A stretch of DNA of 64,000 bases from an uncultured Thermoleophilia bacterium. Lineage in GTDB: Bacteria; Actinomycetota; Thermoleophilia; Gaiellales; Gaiellaceae. The position numbers and the translations under genes were made by a program. The number at the start of each line of letters is the position of its first letter. Within the stretch, counting starts at the first letter, position 1. Below the pieces are notes generated by a model that saw only the letters and a program-made list of their open reading frames with translations, was not told the DNA's origin and did no database searches. Where the stretch lies: positions 177,598-241,597 of the forward strand of contig CAWCOI010000005.1 in the NCBI GenBank assembly GCA_963797125.1. The letters run 5' to 3'. Positions 45,911 through 57,052 of the stretch are shown here, one piece after another.

Positions 45911-45918
45911 GTGAGCTC

Positions 45919-47439
45919 ATGAGCCAGGAGATCATGGAAGGGATCCGCACGATCGAGCGCGAGAAGGGCATCGAGACGGGAACGCTCGTTGCCGCGCTCG
46001 AGGACGCGCTCCTTGCCGCGTACAAGAAGACACCGGGCGCCTCCCGGCACGCCGAGGTGATCCTCGACGACGAGGGTGAGTTCCGCGTGTTCTCGATCGA
46101 GATTCCTGGCGACCTCGAGGAGCGGCTCGTCGAAGAGGCTCGCGAGGCCGCGATCGACGAGCTCGAGCGCATCGAGGAAGAGACCGGCGAGCGCCAGCAC
46201 ACGCTGGTCAACGACGTCGACCTCGAGCTCGACTGGTCGCAGGTGCCGGACGACCTGATGGCGCGCGCCGACGTGACGCCTGACGGCTTCGGCCGCATCG
46301 CCGCGATGACCGCCAAGCAGGTCATCCAGCAGCGCATTCGCGAGGCCGAGCGCGCCATGATGTACGACGAGTACATCGACCGGCAGGGCGAGGTCGTGAC
46401 CGGGATCGTGCAGCAGGCCGGCGACCGCAACAACGTGCTCGTCGACCTCGGCCGGGTCGAGGCGCTCCTGCCGCGCTCCGAGCAGGTCGACGGCGAGCGC
46501 TACGAGCAGGGCTCGCGGATCAAGGCCGTGATCACCGAGGTCCGGTCGGGCACCAAAGGCCCGCAGGTGATCCTCTCCCGCCGCGATCCGGAGCTGATCA
46601 AGACGCTGTTCGAGCTCGAGGTTCCCGAGATCGCCGACGGCCTGGTCGAGATCCGCGGGGTTGCCCGAGAGCCGGGCTACCGCTCCAAGATCGCGGTCGA
46701 GTCGCACACCCAGGGTGTCGATCCGGTCGGCGCCTGCGTCGGCCCTCGCGGCTCGCGCGTGCGCATGGTCGTCTCGGAGCTCCGCGGCGAGAAGATCGAC
46801 ATCATCCCGTGGAACACGGAGCCGGCCCGGTTCGTGGCCAAGGCTCTCTCGCCGGCCCGCGTGCGCGAGGTCTACATCGACGACGACACCCGTGAGGCGA
46901 CCGTCGTCGTCCCCGACGACCAGCTGGCGCTCGCGATCGGCAAGGACGGTCTCAACGCCCGCCTCGCTGCGCGGCTGACGGGCTGGAAGGTCGACATCCA
47001 GTCGGACACCGAGTTCGCCCAGGCGGAGGCCGAGGCGGCGTACGCCGGCGAGGACGATACGCAGGAGTTCTCGGGGCGCTGCTCGGCGATGCTCTCGAAC
47101 GGCAAGCGCTGCCCCAACGCCGCCCTGCCTGGCTCGCACTACTGCGGCGTCCCGGCCCACCAGGCGCTGCACGGCACGGAGCCGCCCGCGATGTCCGCGG
47201 ACGGCCCCGACGACGAGTCGGACGAGATCGCACCCGAGATCGCCGAGGCGCAGGGACTGCTCGACGGGATCGTCGAGGAGGCCGTTGCCGCGGGAGAGAT
47301 CCTGGTCGAGGAGGCGGCCGAGCTCGAGAATGCGATCGAGGAGGCGGCAGTCGAGCTGACGCAGGAAGAGGCCGCCGAGGCCGAGGTCGTTGCCGCCGTC
47401 GATGCTGCAGTCGAGGAGGACGAGTCTCCTGGAGCGTGA
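45919..47439 (+). CDS. nusA: transcription termination/antitermination factor NusA
   Basis: S1 and KH domains with an acidic C-terminal tail; intact. Confidence 0.97.
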   Translation: MSQEIMEGIRTIEREKGIETGTLVAALEDALLAAYKKTPGASRHAEVILDDEGEFRVFSIEIPGDLEERLVEEAREAAIDELERIEEETGERQHTLVNDVDLELDWSQVPDDLMARADVTPDGFGRIAAMTAKQVIQQRIREAERAMMYDEYIDRQGEVVTGIVQQAGDRNNVLVDLGRVEALLPRSEQVDGERYEQGSRIKAVITEVRSGTKGPQVILSRRDPELIKTLFELEVPEIADGLVEIRGVAREPGYRSKIAVESHTQGVDPVGACVGPRGSRVRMVVSELRGEKIDIIPWNTEPARFVAKALSPARVREVYIDDDTREATVVVPDDQLALAIGKDGLNARLAARLTGWKVDIQSDTEFAQAEAEAAYAGEDDTQEFSGRCSAMLSNGKRCPNAALPGSHYCGVPAHQALHGTEPPAMSADGPDDESDEIAPEIAEAQGLLDGIVEEAVAAGEILVEEAAELENAIEEAAVELTQEEAAEAEVVAAVDAAVEEDESPGA

Positions 47440-47681
47440 GCGCGTCGCCGCAGAGAACCTGTGCCGGGTGCGGCCGCAAGTCGCCGCAGGCCGAGCTCGT
47501 GCGCTTCGGCTCGGTCGACGGACGGCTGACGATCGGCCGCACGATCCCCGGCCGGGGCGTCTACACGTGCCGCCGGCTCGCGTGCTTCGAGCGGGCGGTG
47601 GCCTCGCGCGGCTTCAATCGGGTGCTGCGCCGCACCGTCGTCGTCGATCCGGAACTGGCGCGCCACTACACTGGTTGCTGA
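47436..47681 (+). CDS. ylxR: YlxR-family RNA-binding protein (DUF448)
   Basis: RTCAGCGRK..GRGVYTC motif; GTG overlapping the nusA stop (GTGA). Confidence 0.85.
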   Translation: MSASPQRTCAGCGRKSPQAELVRFGSVDGRLTIGRTIPGRGVYTCRRLACFERAVASRGFNRVLRRTVVVDPELARHYTGC

Positions 47682-47700
47682 TGAAAGGCGCATCTCACTG

Positions 47701-49719
47701 ATGGCAGACGAGCCCAACAAGCCAAACCGTCCGATCCGCCCGCGCGGAGGCCCGTCCGGGCGCAAGCGGCGCGTCGTCATCGACGGCGGGAATCAGCGTG
47801 GCCGAGACGGCCGTCAGGCGCGCGATCGCAGCGCCGCGACCAACGTCCAGCCGCGGCAGCAGCCGATCGCAGCGCCGACAGGTCCCGTCACGGTGCCGTC
47901 GGGCGTCAGCGTCAAGGATCTCTCTGCCGCGCTCGGAATCCCGGTCGCGACGATCATCAAGATCATGATGGGATTCGGCGAGATGGTCACGATTACCCAA
48001 TCTTTGAGTGATGAGTCCGTCGTGCTCATTGCCGCCGAGGTGGACCCGCCCCGCGAGGTCATCATCAAGCACGCCGCCGACGACGACTCCGAGCCGGAGG
48101 TGTTCGAGGACGCGGACGCCGACCTCGCCGCCCGGCCGCCGGTCGTCACGATCATGGGCCACGTCGACCACGGCAAGACGACGCTGCTCGACGCGATTCG
48201 CGAGACCGCCGTCGTCGACACCGAGGCAGGCGGGATCACCCAGCACATCGGCGCCTACCAGGCCGTGATCAACGGCCGCAGGATCACCTTCCTCGACACG
48301 CCCGGTCACGAGGCGTTCACCGCCATGCGGGCCCGCGGCGCGAAGATCACCGACATCGCGATCCTCGTCGTCGCGGCCGACGACGGCGTGATGCCGCAGA
48401 CGCGCGAGTCGATCTCGCACGCGCGCGCGGCGGACGTCCCGATCGTGGTGGCCGTCAACAAGATCGACGTCCCGAACGCGAATCTCGATCGCGTCCGCTC
48501 CGAGCTCGCCACCGAGGGGCTGCAGCCGGAGGAGTGGGGCGGGACGACCCAGTTCGCAGAGGTCTCCGCCAAGCAGAAGCTCAATCTCGACGAGCTGCTC
48601 GAGAAGCTGCTGCTCGTCGCGGACGCCGAGCTCGACCTCCGCGCCAACCCTTCGGTCGATGCCTCGGGCCCGATCATCGAGTCGCGACTCGATGTCGGCC
48701 GCGGCCCCGTGGCGACGATGCTCGTCCACCGCGGCACGCTGCGCGTCGGCGATGCGATCGTCGCCGGCGATGCGTCGGGCAAGGTGCGCGCGCTCTACGA
48801 CTACAAGGGCGAGAAGGTCAAGGAGGCGCGCCCCGGCGAGCCCGTCGAGATTCTCGGTTTCGACCGCCCGCCGCCCGCAGGTGAGCTGGCGCGGGTCGTC
48901 GAGCACGAACGCCAGGCGAAAGACCTCGCTCAGAAGCGCGCCGAGCGGCTGCGCCGTGAGCAGCTCGCGCAGCGCTCCAAGCGTGGCGTCTCGCTCGAGA
49001 GCCTGTTCTCGCAGTTGCAGGAGGGCGTCGTCCAGGACCTCAACATCGTCCTCAAGGGCGACGTGCAGGGATCGGTCGAGGCGCTCCTCGGCGAGCTCGG
49101 CAAGATCCAGCACTCCGAGGTGCGCGTCAACGTCATCCACACGGGTGTCGGCGGCATCACCGAGAACGACGTCAACCTGGCGTCGGCCTCGAACGCGCTC
49201 GTGATCGGCTTCAACGTGCGGCCGAGCGCCGAGGCGCGTGCGCTCGCCGAGCGCGAGGGCGTCGACATCCGCACCTACCGCGTGATCTACCAGCTCACCG
49301 ACGAGATCCAGCAGGCGCTCGTCGGGATGCTCTCCCCGGTGCAGACCGAGGAGACGCTCGGCGAGGCCGAGGTGCGTGCTCTCTTCAAGGTGTCGCGGCT
49401 CGGCACGATCGCCGGCTGCATGGTCACGAGCGGCGTCATCCGCCGCAACGCGCAGGTGCGGGTGGTGCGCGACGGCACAGAGATCTACGACACGTCGATC
49501 GCGCAGCTCAAGCGCTTCAAGGACGACGCGCGCGAGGTCGCAGAGGGCTTCGAGTGCGGCATCCTGCTCGACGGGTACAACGACCTCAAGGAAGGCGACA
49601 TCCTCGAGGCGTACGAGACCCGCCAGATCGAGCGGACGGATCTCGACGAGGTCGCCGCTGCACCGGCAGCGGCACCGGCGGCGGTTGTCGCCGACGCCGA
49701 AGACGACGCAGACGCATAG
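47701..49719 (+). CDS. infB: translation initiation factor IF-2
   Basis: 672 aa intact; G domain ([24 protein letters not shown]) and C-terminal beta-barrels. Confidence 0.97.
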   Translation: MADEPNKPNRPIRPRGGPSGRKRRVVIDGGNQRGRDGRQARDRSAATNVQPRQQPIAAPTGPVTVPSGVSVKDLSAALGIPVATIIKIMMGFGEMVTITQSLSDESVVLIAAEVDPPREVIIKHAADDDSEPEVFEDADADLAARPPVVTIMGHVDHGKTTLLDAIRETAVVDTEAGGITQHIGAYQAVINGRRITFLDTPGHEAFTAMRARGAKITDIAILVVAADDGVMPQTRESISHARAADVPIVVAVNKIDVPNANLDRVRSELATEGLQPEEWGGTTQFAEVSAKQKLNLDELLEKLLLVADAELDLRANPSVDASGPIIESRLDVGRGPVATMLVHRGTLRVGDAIVAGDASGKVRALYDYKGEKVKEARPGEPVEILGFDRPPPAGELARVVEHERQAKDLAQKRAERLRREQLAQRSKRGVSLESLFSQLQEGVVQDLNIVLKGDVQGSVEALLGELGKIQHSEVRVNVIHTGVGGITENDVNLASASNALVIGFNVRPSAEARALAEREGVDIRTYRVIYQLTDEIQQALVGMLSPVQTEETLGEAEVRALFKVSRLGTIAGCMVTSGVIRRNAQVRVVRDGTEIYDTSIAQLKRFKDDAREVAEGFECGILLDGYNDLKEGDILEAYETRQIERTDLDEVAAAPAAAPAAVVADAEDDADA

Positions 49720-49869
49720 TGCTCAGGCGAGGGCCTCTCACAGCACGTACATAGAGGCTGGTTACGATCGCAGGGTAAAGCGCGCCTCCGTGGTGGCGCC
49801 GACGTACGGCGTGCCCTTGCCTTCGCTCGCATCAGCGTGTGTCGGGTCGAGGCTTGGTGCCGCGCCGAC

Positions 49870-52800
49870 TCAGCTCCCTGGGTGCTTGCGAATGCAGAGT
49901 GCGGCGATGTCCATCCCGTAGAGAGGGTTGAAGACCTGGCAGCCGACACGAGCGGAGAAGAAGTCCCGGATTGAGGCGTTGCCGATTGCAGCGAGCGGAG
50001 CGGCGTTTCGGGCGAGGTCGGCGTCGAGCCTACCGAAGGCCAGGTAGCGGGCTGGCCCGGAGAGCCTCGCTGCGGCATTGAGCTTGCGTGCATATGCGGT
50101 GTTGTCGAACGTTGGGATGCTGCCGCTCAGGAGTAGGGCATTGAGGAACTGAGAGGGGTCGGCGTAGTCCGCGACCCAGCCGGTTGTGGCCAGGTCGAAC
50201 GGCTCGTTTGCCCTGCCGAGGCGCGTGAAGAGCTCGTCGGGGGGAAACGTTCGACCTGGACGTCGACTCCGATCGTGGCGAGATTGGCGGTGATGATCTG
50301 GGCCTGCTGGTCGCACGGCGACAGGTTGCAGGTGTAAAGCACGGCGCTGCGATGCGTTTTCCCGGCCAGTCGCCTGGCGGTGGCCAGGTCGGGTCTGAGG
50401 GGGTAGATGTGGGCGTCCGTGAAGCCCGGGATCGCAGGCGGCAGGTATTGATCTGTCGGCTCGTCGGGGTACGGGCTGGCAAAGTCGCCCAGCTGCGCGA
50501 GCGAGCGGCGGTCGAGTGCGTAGTTGAGCGCCTTGCGCATGCGCACGTCATGGAAGAGCGGGCGGTGCGTGTTGAGGGCGATGTAGTCGAGCCACGATGT
50601 CGGGTGGATGAAGTACTGCTGCCGGTTTTTCTTCGCAGCAGTGCTTCCAGGCCCGTACCGGGCGGCGATCTTGCTGTCCATCGCCGGGGCTGTCCCATCA
50701 AGTGCGTAATCCGCCGTCCCGGCCTCGACCCGCCGCGTTCCCTTCTCCTTGGCAACGCCCACGGCGAGCTCGATGCGGTCGAGCCGTGGGGTCGGTTGCC
50801 GTGGTAGTTGGGATTTCGCTTCAGCACCGCTCCCTGCCCGGGGTCATACGAGAAGACGTAATACGGCCCGGCCGAGGGCACGAGCCTGACGCCCTTCGGG
50901 TCGAGGGGTGTGGCGACCGGAACGGCACAGAAGAACGGCAACGAGATGACAGTCACGAAGTCCGGCGCCGGCTCCACGAGTCGGATCGTGAGGCTGTTTC
51001 CTCTAGCCACAACGCCGGAGATATGCGCTGACCTACCGGCCAGGAAGGCCCGAGAGCCCACGATGTCGCTCAGATACCCATTGGCGACTTTCCGGGCGGG
51101 GCTGTTCATCCGCGGGTTCAGAGAACGTTCGATCGTGTGCTTGAACGTCTGTGCCGTTATCGGCTCGTTCGAGGGCGGTGAAAAGCGCAATCCCCTGCGG
51201 ATCGTGAAGGTGTAGGTCTTACCGTCTGCCGAGCGGGCGGGCAGGGCTTCGGCCAGCTCCGGCACGAGTTGCGTCGCGCCCGGCGCCGGGCTGTCGGGAT
51301 AGTTGAGCAGCTTCCCGCAGGTCGCATACAGCAGCCGCCAGGCCACATCGGAATAGGCCAGGGCAGGATCCATGGAGTCCACGTCACTCTGGGAGGTGAG
51401 CCGCAGCGTGCCGCCGGTGGCGCCTCGATGGAGCTCGGCGAGAGCGGCGTCGACCGTAACCCACACGTGCCCGTTTGCAAATGTCACGGCCTGAGGGCTC
51501 CCGCCCACGGCGATCGAGGTCGGCTTTCCGGTTCCGGGGTCGATTCGGGTGACGGTGCCGTCGCCGCTATTGGCAACCCAGACCGAGCCGCCCCCAAAGG
51601 CGATCCCGGTAGGAGCCTGTCCCACGGGGATCGTCGACGTCACGGCCCGGCCGATCGGGTCGATGCGGGTGACGGCGTCGCCCAGCGTGTCGGCTACCCA
51701 GACTGCTCCTTGGCCGATCGTGATCCCACTCGGGCCCCGGCCGACCGTGATCGGCGTCAACAGCCCCGTCGAATCGACGCGGGTGACCGCGTTCGCGCTG
51801 CTGTCGGTGACCCAACGGCATCCGCTCCGACGACGATTGCCGCCGGAGCCGCGTTCGGATCGATTTGGCGAACGACCCGTGCGCTGCGTGCACTCAGCTG
51901 CGAGATGAGCCCCGACGAAGGCGCCACCCAGACCGCCGCTCCCCGCGTTGCCACGGAGCCGGGCCCACCCGGCACCACACTGCCGACACGGGTCGTGCTG
52001 GCGATCGTGTTGAACTGTGCATCGATCCGTCTGACCCTCACCGACGAGCTCGTCGGGTCGGAGCCCACAGCCCACACGGCGCCGGGAGAGGTCGCGAGTC
52101 CCGTCGGTGGGTCTCGAACCGCGATGGTGCGCAAGACGCTGTGTGTGACAGGATCGATGCGAGCGACGGTCTGGTCGTCGAGATTGGCAACCCAGAGCGA
52201 GCCCGATCCGAACGTGATCGAAGCCGGCCGCACCCCCACGTTCGACACCTGGCCGACGACCTTGTTCGTACCGGGGTCGATCTCGGCCAGGGCATTGCCG
52301 TGGACGGTGATTCCGCCGCTTGAGCCCCCCTGCCCTAGCGCGAGCACCGGGATCGCAACGGCCGCAGCCAGCACTCCGGTCAGTGCCGCGCCCGCGTACA
52401 TGCGTCGCCGCCTGCGGGCGAGTTCGACATCGAGGGTCTTCAGCCGTCCGAAGTCGTTGTCGAGGCCCTCGATCACGAGCTGGTAGAGGTGCTGGGGTTG
52501 CTCGATGTCCTTAAGCCGCCGCTCGCCCAGGTCTCGGATCGTGACCCTGGGCGGCAGGTCCTCCTCCGCCAACTCTCTCGTCGTCGAAGACAGCAACACC
52601 TGGCCGCCGTGACCCGCAGCGCCAATCCGCGCTGCTCGGTGGACGCCGATACCCACGTAGCGGTCGGCACCCACCTTGGGCTCCCCCGTGTGAATGCCCA
52701 TCCGCACCTTGACCTCCGCTCCATCAGGCCAGGAATGGGCCGTCAGTTCGCGCTGGACCGCGACTGCTGCAGCCACCGCGTCGTTGGCAGTCGCGAAGCT

Positions 52801-52995
52801 GACGAAGAACGAGTCGCCCTGGGTGTCGACGACCATCCCCCCGTGAGCAGCAAACGCGGCACGCGAGAGGTCACCGTGGACGCTCAGCAGCTTGTCGTAG
52901 CGGTCCTGTCCAAGCTGCTTGAGCAGCCGCGTCGAGCCCTCGATGTCCGTAAAGAGAAAGGTGACCGTGCCCTTGTGCAATCCAGCGGAAGCCAT
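49870..52995 (-). CDS. membrane receptor: class III adenylate/guanylate cyclase, TM segment, YVTN-type beta-propeller and family-5 solute-binding domain (at least 4 frameshifts)
   Basis: N-terminal cyclase GTVTFLFTDIEGSTRLL..GDSFFVSF. Single TM MYAGAALTGVLAAAVAIPVLAL. Seven VWV-type propeller repeats. The SBP_bac_5 region (LRLTSQSDVDSMDPALAYSD ... FFSARVGCQVFNPLYGMD) continues through several frames to the stop at 49870. Confidence 0.78.
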
Positions 52996-53237
52996 CCCTA
53001 CGTGCCAGCGTGGAGTGCGCCACGGACCATGTCAACCAACGCGCACGAGCACCGGTGGCTCCAACTCCGTCGGCCGTCTCCGGCACCCGCAGGCCGGTGA
53101 GGCGCACTCAGGGTGCTCGTTGAGATGCCCGCGCATGTGACATCCCGGGCACTCGGGCAGGAAAGTCGCGGACTCGAGGCACACGCTCGTCGGCGTCCCG
53201 TTGTTGCTCGACACCACGCTGTAGCGTTTCGAAACGT

Positions 53238-53798
53238 GAGGCTCGTACCGCCCGATCCGCCATTTTCGAACGGCGCTCTCAACCTCCGTCCTATGGACGA
53301 GCGCGATCTCGCCGCAATCGAGCAAGCCGCGAGCGACGCCGAAATCTCAAGTGGTTTGACCTGGACACGCGCAGCCCTGCCGACTACCTGGCCGGGAAGC
53401 GCGAGGCATGGGCAGAGGGCACCGGGGCCTCCTTCGCCATCTGCCACGCGACCCGGCCCGATGCATGCCTTGGCCACGTCTTCGTCGAACGAGACGACGA
53501 CGGTCGCGGTTCAATCGGCTACTGGGTCCTGGAGGACGGCCGAGGCAAGGGATGCGCCGCGCAGGCCGTCCAGCTCATGGCGTCATGGGCGCTGCCGGCG
53601 ATGCGGCTTGGCCGCCTGCAGCTTCATACCGACCCGGAGAACATCGCGTCTCAACGCGTTGCAGAGAAGGCAGGGTTTACGCGGGAGGGCGTGCTCCGCG
53701 CCTACAACGGTCGCAATGACGGCACCCGCGCCGACGCCGTCGTCTACTCCCTGCTTCCGCAAGACCTCGAACCCACCCATTTCGCGAACCCCGCCTAG
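53238..53798 (+). CDS. GNAT N-acetyltransferase, RimJ/RimL-like (2 frameshifts)
   Basis: ALNLRPMDERDLAAIEQAASDAEIS..WFD then ..GYWVLEDGRGKGCAAQAV.. then LQLHTDPENIASQRVAEKAGFTREGVLR in three frames; GTG start inferred. Confidence 0.72.
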   Translation, partial: EARTARSAIFERRSQPPSYGRARSRRNRASRERRRNLKWFDLDTRSPADYLAGKREAWAEGTGASFAICHATRPDACLGHVFVERDDDGRGSIGYWVLEDGRGKGCAAQAVQLMASWALPAMRLGRLQLHTDPENIASQRVAEKAGFTREGVLRAYNGRNDGTRADAVVYSLLPQDLEPTHFANPA

Positions 53799-53871
53799 GG
53801 CCCTGGATCGCCGCACTCAACGGCGCTACGCATCGGGTCCCGCACGCCGTCTGCCGGCAGACCTTAGAGCG

Positions 53872-54408
53872 TCACCGCGTCGAGCTCGACGGGAGCGCCG
53901 GCACAGGCTCGACACGCACGACGAAGACGTACCGTGCTTTCAGCCCGACATGCGCGACGATCTGCCAACACCCCGGCGTTGAGAATGTCAGCGCGGAGGA
54001 CTGGAAGCCCTCCCGGAATGGATAGCTCACCCCAATGTGCGCTTTCAAGGGCGGCGCGTCGGCATCGAGGCGCGAACCCGAAACGCGAAGGCGCCCCCAT
54101 GGGCTTCCCTTACCCCTGAACCAGCCGATCTTCTGTCCCGTAGGGGATGCCAGGAACGAGTGATCGGCGCGCGTGTACGCCATCCAGAGAGTGCTCGTTC
54201 GCAGCCAGTGTGTCGCCAGCGATCCCATCCAGGCGTTCGGTGGCGCTGGAGAAGCCTGTGTCTCGGGGCAGACCGGCGACGCCTCTCGCGTCGCTGCACC
54301 GGAGGTCGCCGCCGGCGCCAACATGAGGATCACGAGCGTGATCCCGAGCACCCGTGCTCGACCGGTCATGACCCACCGAAGCATGAAGCCGTCACGACGC
54401 TTCGCCAA
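53872..54408 (-). CDS. secreted hypothetical protein (signal peptide)
   Basis: MTGRARVLGITLVILMLAPAATSGAA signal-like N-terminus; no recognisable domain. Confidence 0.5.
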   Translation of the reverse strand: MAKRRDGFMLRWVMTGRARVLGITLVILMLAPAATSGAATREASPVCPETQASPAPPNAWMGSLATHWLRTSTLWMAYTRADHSFLASPTGQKIGWFRGKGSPWGRLRVSGSRLDADAPPLKAHIGVSYPFREGFQSSALTFSTPGCWQIVAHVGLKARYVFVVRVEPVPALPSSSTR

Positions 54409-54463
54409 TCTCGCGACCGGCCATCAACTCGACCCGAACGACGCAGAGGCGGTTGCATCGCGC

Positions 54464-54793
54464 CTAATCAACGACGCAGAAGCGATTGCCGTCGGGGTCG
54501 ACGAGGACGACGAAATCGTCATCCGGGCTTGCCTCGCGCTCGTAGCGAGTCGCGCCAAGCCCAAGCAACCGCTCGACCTCTCCCTCTCCGTCGTCGGTGT
54601 AGAGGTCAAGATGGACGCGGCTGACCTCGCCGAGCGGTGGCGGTTGCTCGACCCGGTCGAGGGAGACATTCGGGCCTTTTCCGGTCGGATCGGTGAGGAT
54701 GACCCAACCGTCCTCCGGCGGCGCCTGCGGGACGTAGCCCAGCGCCGCCTGCCAGAACGCGATCATCTCGTCGAAACGTCGACAGCGGATCAC
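54464..54793 (-). CDS. VOC/glyoxalase-family protein
   Basis: 109 aa single VOC domain. Confidence 0.72.
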   Translation of the reverse strand: MIRCRRFDEMIAFWQAALGYVPQAPPEDGWVILTDPTGKGPNVSLDRVEQPPPLGEVSRVHLDLYTDDGEGEVERLLGLGATRYEREASPDDDFVVLVDPDGNRFCVVD

Positions 54794-54901
54794 GATCGAG
54801 CCGACCCGAACCTGCCTCCTCGGGCCGTCTGTCGAATCGGCTTCATAGACGGATCGTATTTGAATGGCGCGGTCGCTCCCGAGACGCGCACTCGAGGAGG
54901 T

Positions 54902-55341
54902 TCAGCCGAGCTGCTCGGCAAGCCCGATGATGATGCCCTCAGGGCCACGCAGGAAGCAGAGCCGGTAGATGTCCTCGTACTGCGCGATCTCGCCGACGAG
55001 CTCGGCCCCGTGGCCGCGCAGGCGCGCAACGACATCGTCGACGTCGTCGACGCTGAACATGATGCGCCGCATGCCCAGCGTGTTCGCCGCTGCGCTTTGG
55101 GGCTCGGCTCTGACTGCCGGCGGCGTATGGAACTTCGACAGCTCAACCCGGCCATGGCCGTCCGGGGTCCGCATCATCGCGATGTCAGCACGCACGCCAT
55201 TGAGCCCGACGACGCTGTCCACCCAGTCCCCTCGAGCGTCGTCTCGCCTTCCAACTCCATTCCGAGCTCCGCGAAGAACGCTTTGGCGGCCTCGAGGTCG
55301 TCGACAACGATGAGAACGTTGTCCATCCGCTGAATCGTCAT
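54902..55341 (-). CDS. VOC/glyoxalase-family protein (one frameshift)
   Basis: MTIQRMDNVLIVVDDLEAAKAFFAELGMELEG.. then ..HGRVELSKFHTP..MRRIMFSVDDVDDVVARL.. in a second frame. Confidence 0.7.
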
Positions 55342-55492
55342 GTCTCGCGGCTCCTCGGGTTGCGCTGCCGGCGTCGTGCTTTCCTCAGAAGGGCAGCAGG
55401 TGCTCAGAACTCGTCGAATCGGCGTACCCATCGGGAGACGTCCCCGAACCCGGGCCTGTGAGACTCGGGCGAACGCGCCAGGGAATTCCGGT

Positions 55493-56166
55493 TCAGCCGT
55501 CGAGCCCGCGCACGAGCACGAAGGGCTCGGCCGCCTCGCAGCCGCAGCTCGCGCCGTAGAACTCGGCCGCCGCTCTGATCGCGCGCTCGCTGCGCGGGTG
55601 TGGGTAGGGACGTGCCTCGGTCTCGTAGCGCGCGAACGATGCGAGCTTGCGGTCGAGCGTCTCCGTCACGTCGACGAACCAGTTCGGGACGAACCAGTTG
55701 AGGCCGGCGGGCGTCCACTCGGTGCTCGAGGTCGGCGCGTAGGTGAGCACACGGCGCACCGGCTGGCCGGGCACGGGGCGCGTGGCGACGGCGACCGAGT
55801 CGAAGAGCGCCCGGTGGTCGCGGTTCACGTCGGGGTGCACGGTGTAGACGATCTCGGGCTCGGAAGTCGGCGATCTGCTCCTCGACGACGCGGTTGACGT
55901 CGACGTGGGGGAGCGTGTCGAGCCTCATGTCGGGCAGGTCGAGGTGGACGTAGTCGGTGACGCCGAGCTCCGCCGCGGCGGCGCGGGCCTCCTCCTCCTT
56001 CTGCGCCCGGATCGCGGCATCGCCCGGGATACTGGGTCGAGCTGCCGTCGGTGACGCAGACGATCCTCACGGCGTCCTCGCGGACGACGGCGTGCAGCGC
56101 GATCGTGCCGCCCATCCCGAGAACCTCGTCGTCGGGGTGCGCCGCGATCACGAGAACGCGGCTCAT
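55493..56166 (-). CDS. PIG-L/LmbE-family N-acetylglucosaminyl deacetylase (2 frameshifts)
   Basis: AHPDDEVLGMGGTIA zinc-binding motif at the N-terminus. The remainder is recovered from two other frames. Confidence 0.8.
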
Positions 56167-56229
56167 CCGAGCACCAACCCGACCTCGAGCGCGCCCGGTG
56201 TCTCGACTTCCTCGAGCAGCAGCGCGCCG

Positions 56230-57052
56230 TCACCGCATGCGACGACGGGCCCCTCGGACCGCCGCTCGACGATCGTTCCGGCCGGGCGCCGATCGCTCGG
56301 CCTCGACGGGAGTGGCGCGCCAGATCACGACCTTGTCGTTGTCGAGCCACGTGAACGCGCCCGGGTAGGGGCGCGTTTGCGCTCTGACCCAGTCGTAGAG
56401 GTACGGCGCGCGCGTCTCCCAGTCGATGATGCCGTCGAGCGGCGTCCGTTTCGGCCAAGCGCTCGCGCGGCGTGGGTCCTGCGCGATCAGTGGCGCGGAT
56501 CCGTCGATGATCAGCGGCACCGCCTCGCGGATCAGCCTGACGTGTGCCTCGGCGATGCGGTCGAACAGCGTCGTCGCGGTCTCGTCGGGTGCGATCGGGA
56601 GCTCGATCTGCCCGACGATCGGGCCGGAGTCGGCGGTCGGGTCGGTGATCTCGAACAGCGTCACGCCGGTCTTGGTGAGGCCGCTCAGGATCGCCCACGG
56701 AATCGGCGCCCGCCCGCGGTGGCGTGGCAGGAGCGTCGGGTGCATGCCGTAGATGGCGCTGCCGGCGCTCGCGATGAAGGACTCGCGGACGAGCTGCGAC
56801 CAGCCGACGACGAAGGTCACGTCCGGCTCGAGGGCTGCGACCGCCGCGACCGTCTCTGGAGCGTTGACGTCGGAGGTCTCGATCAGCTCGGCGCCAAGCC
56901 GCCCGGCGACCTCGTCGAACGAGCACTGGCCGGCGCGGTTCGGGTCGACCGGGCCAGGCAGCGTGACGACGCCGACGATCGTCGCACCGGACGCCGCAGC
57001 CGCCTCGAGGCAGTCGAGGCCGATGACGTCGAAGCTGACCCAGACCGTCCGC
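56230..57052 (-). CDS. formyltransferase-family protein (Fmt/PurN-like)
   Basis: Formyl-transferase N-terminal domain (HPTLLPRHRGRAPIPWAI) and a C-terminal Fmt-like domain. TTG start inferred (MRTVWVSFDVIG); an alternative ATG lies at 57126. Confidence 0.72.

Noticed and set aside
53032-53325. 97 aa Cys-rich reverse-strand ORF (CPGCHMRGHLNEHPEC...) between the cyclase receptor gene and the GNAT gene
   Set aside because: It overlaps the 5' part of the GNAT gene once that gene's GTG start at 53238 is used. It contains rare AAA codons and has no recognisable zinc-ribbon spacing. It is probably spurious.
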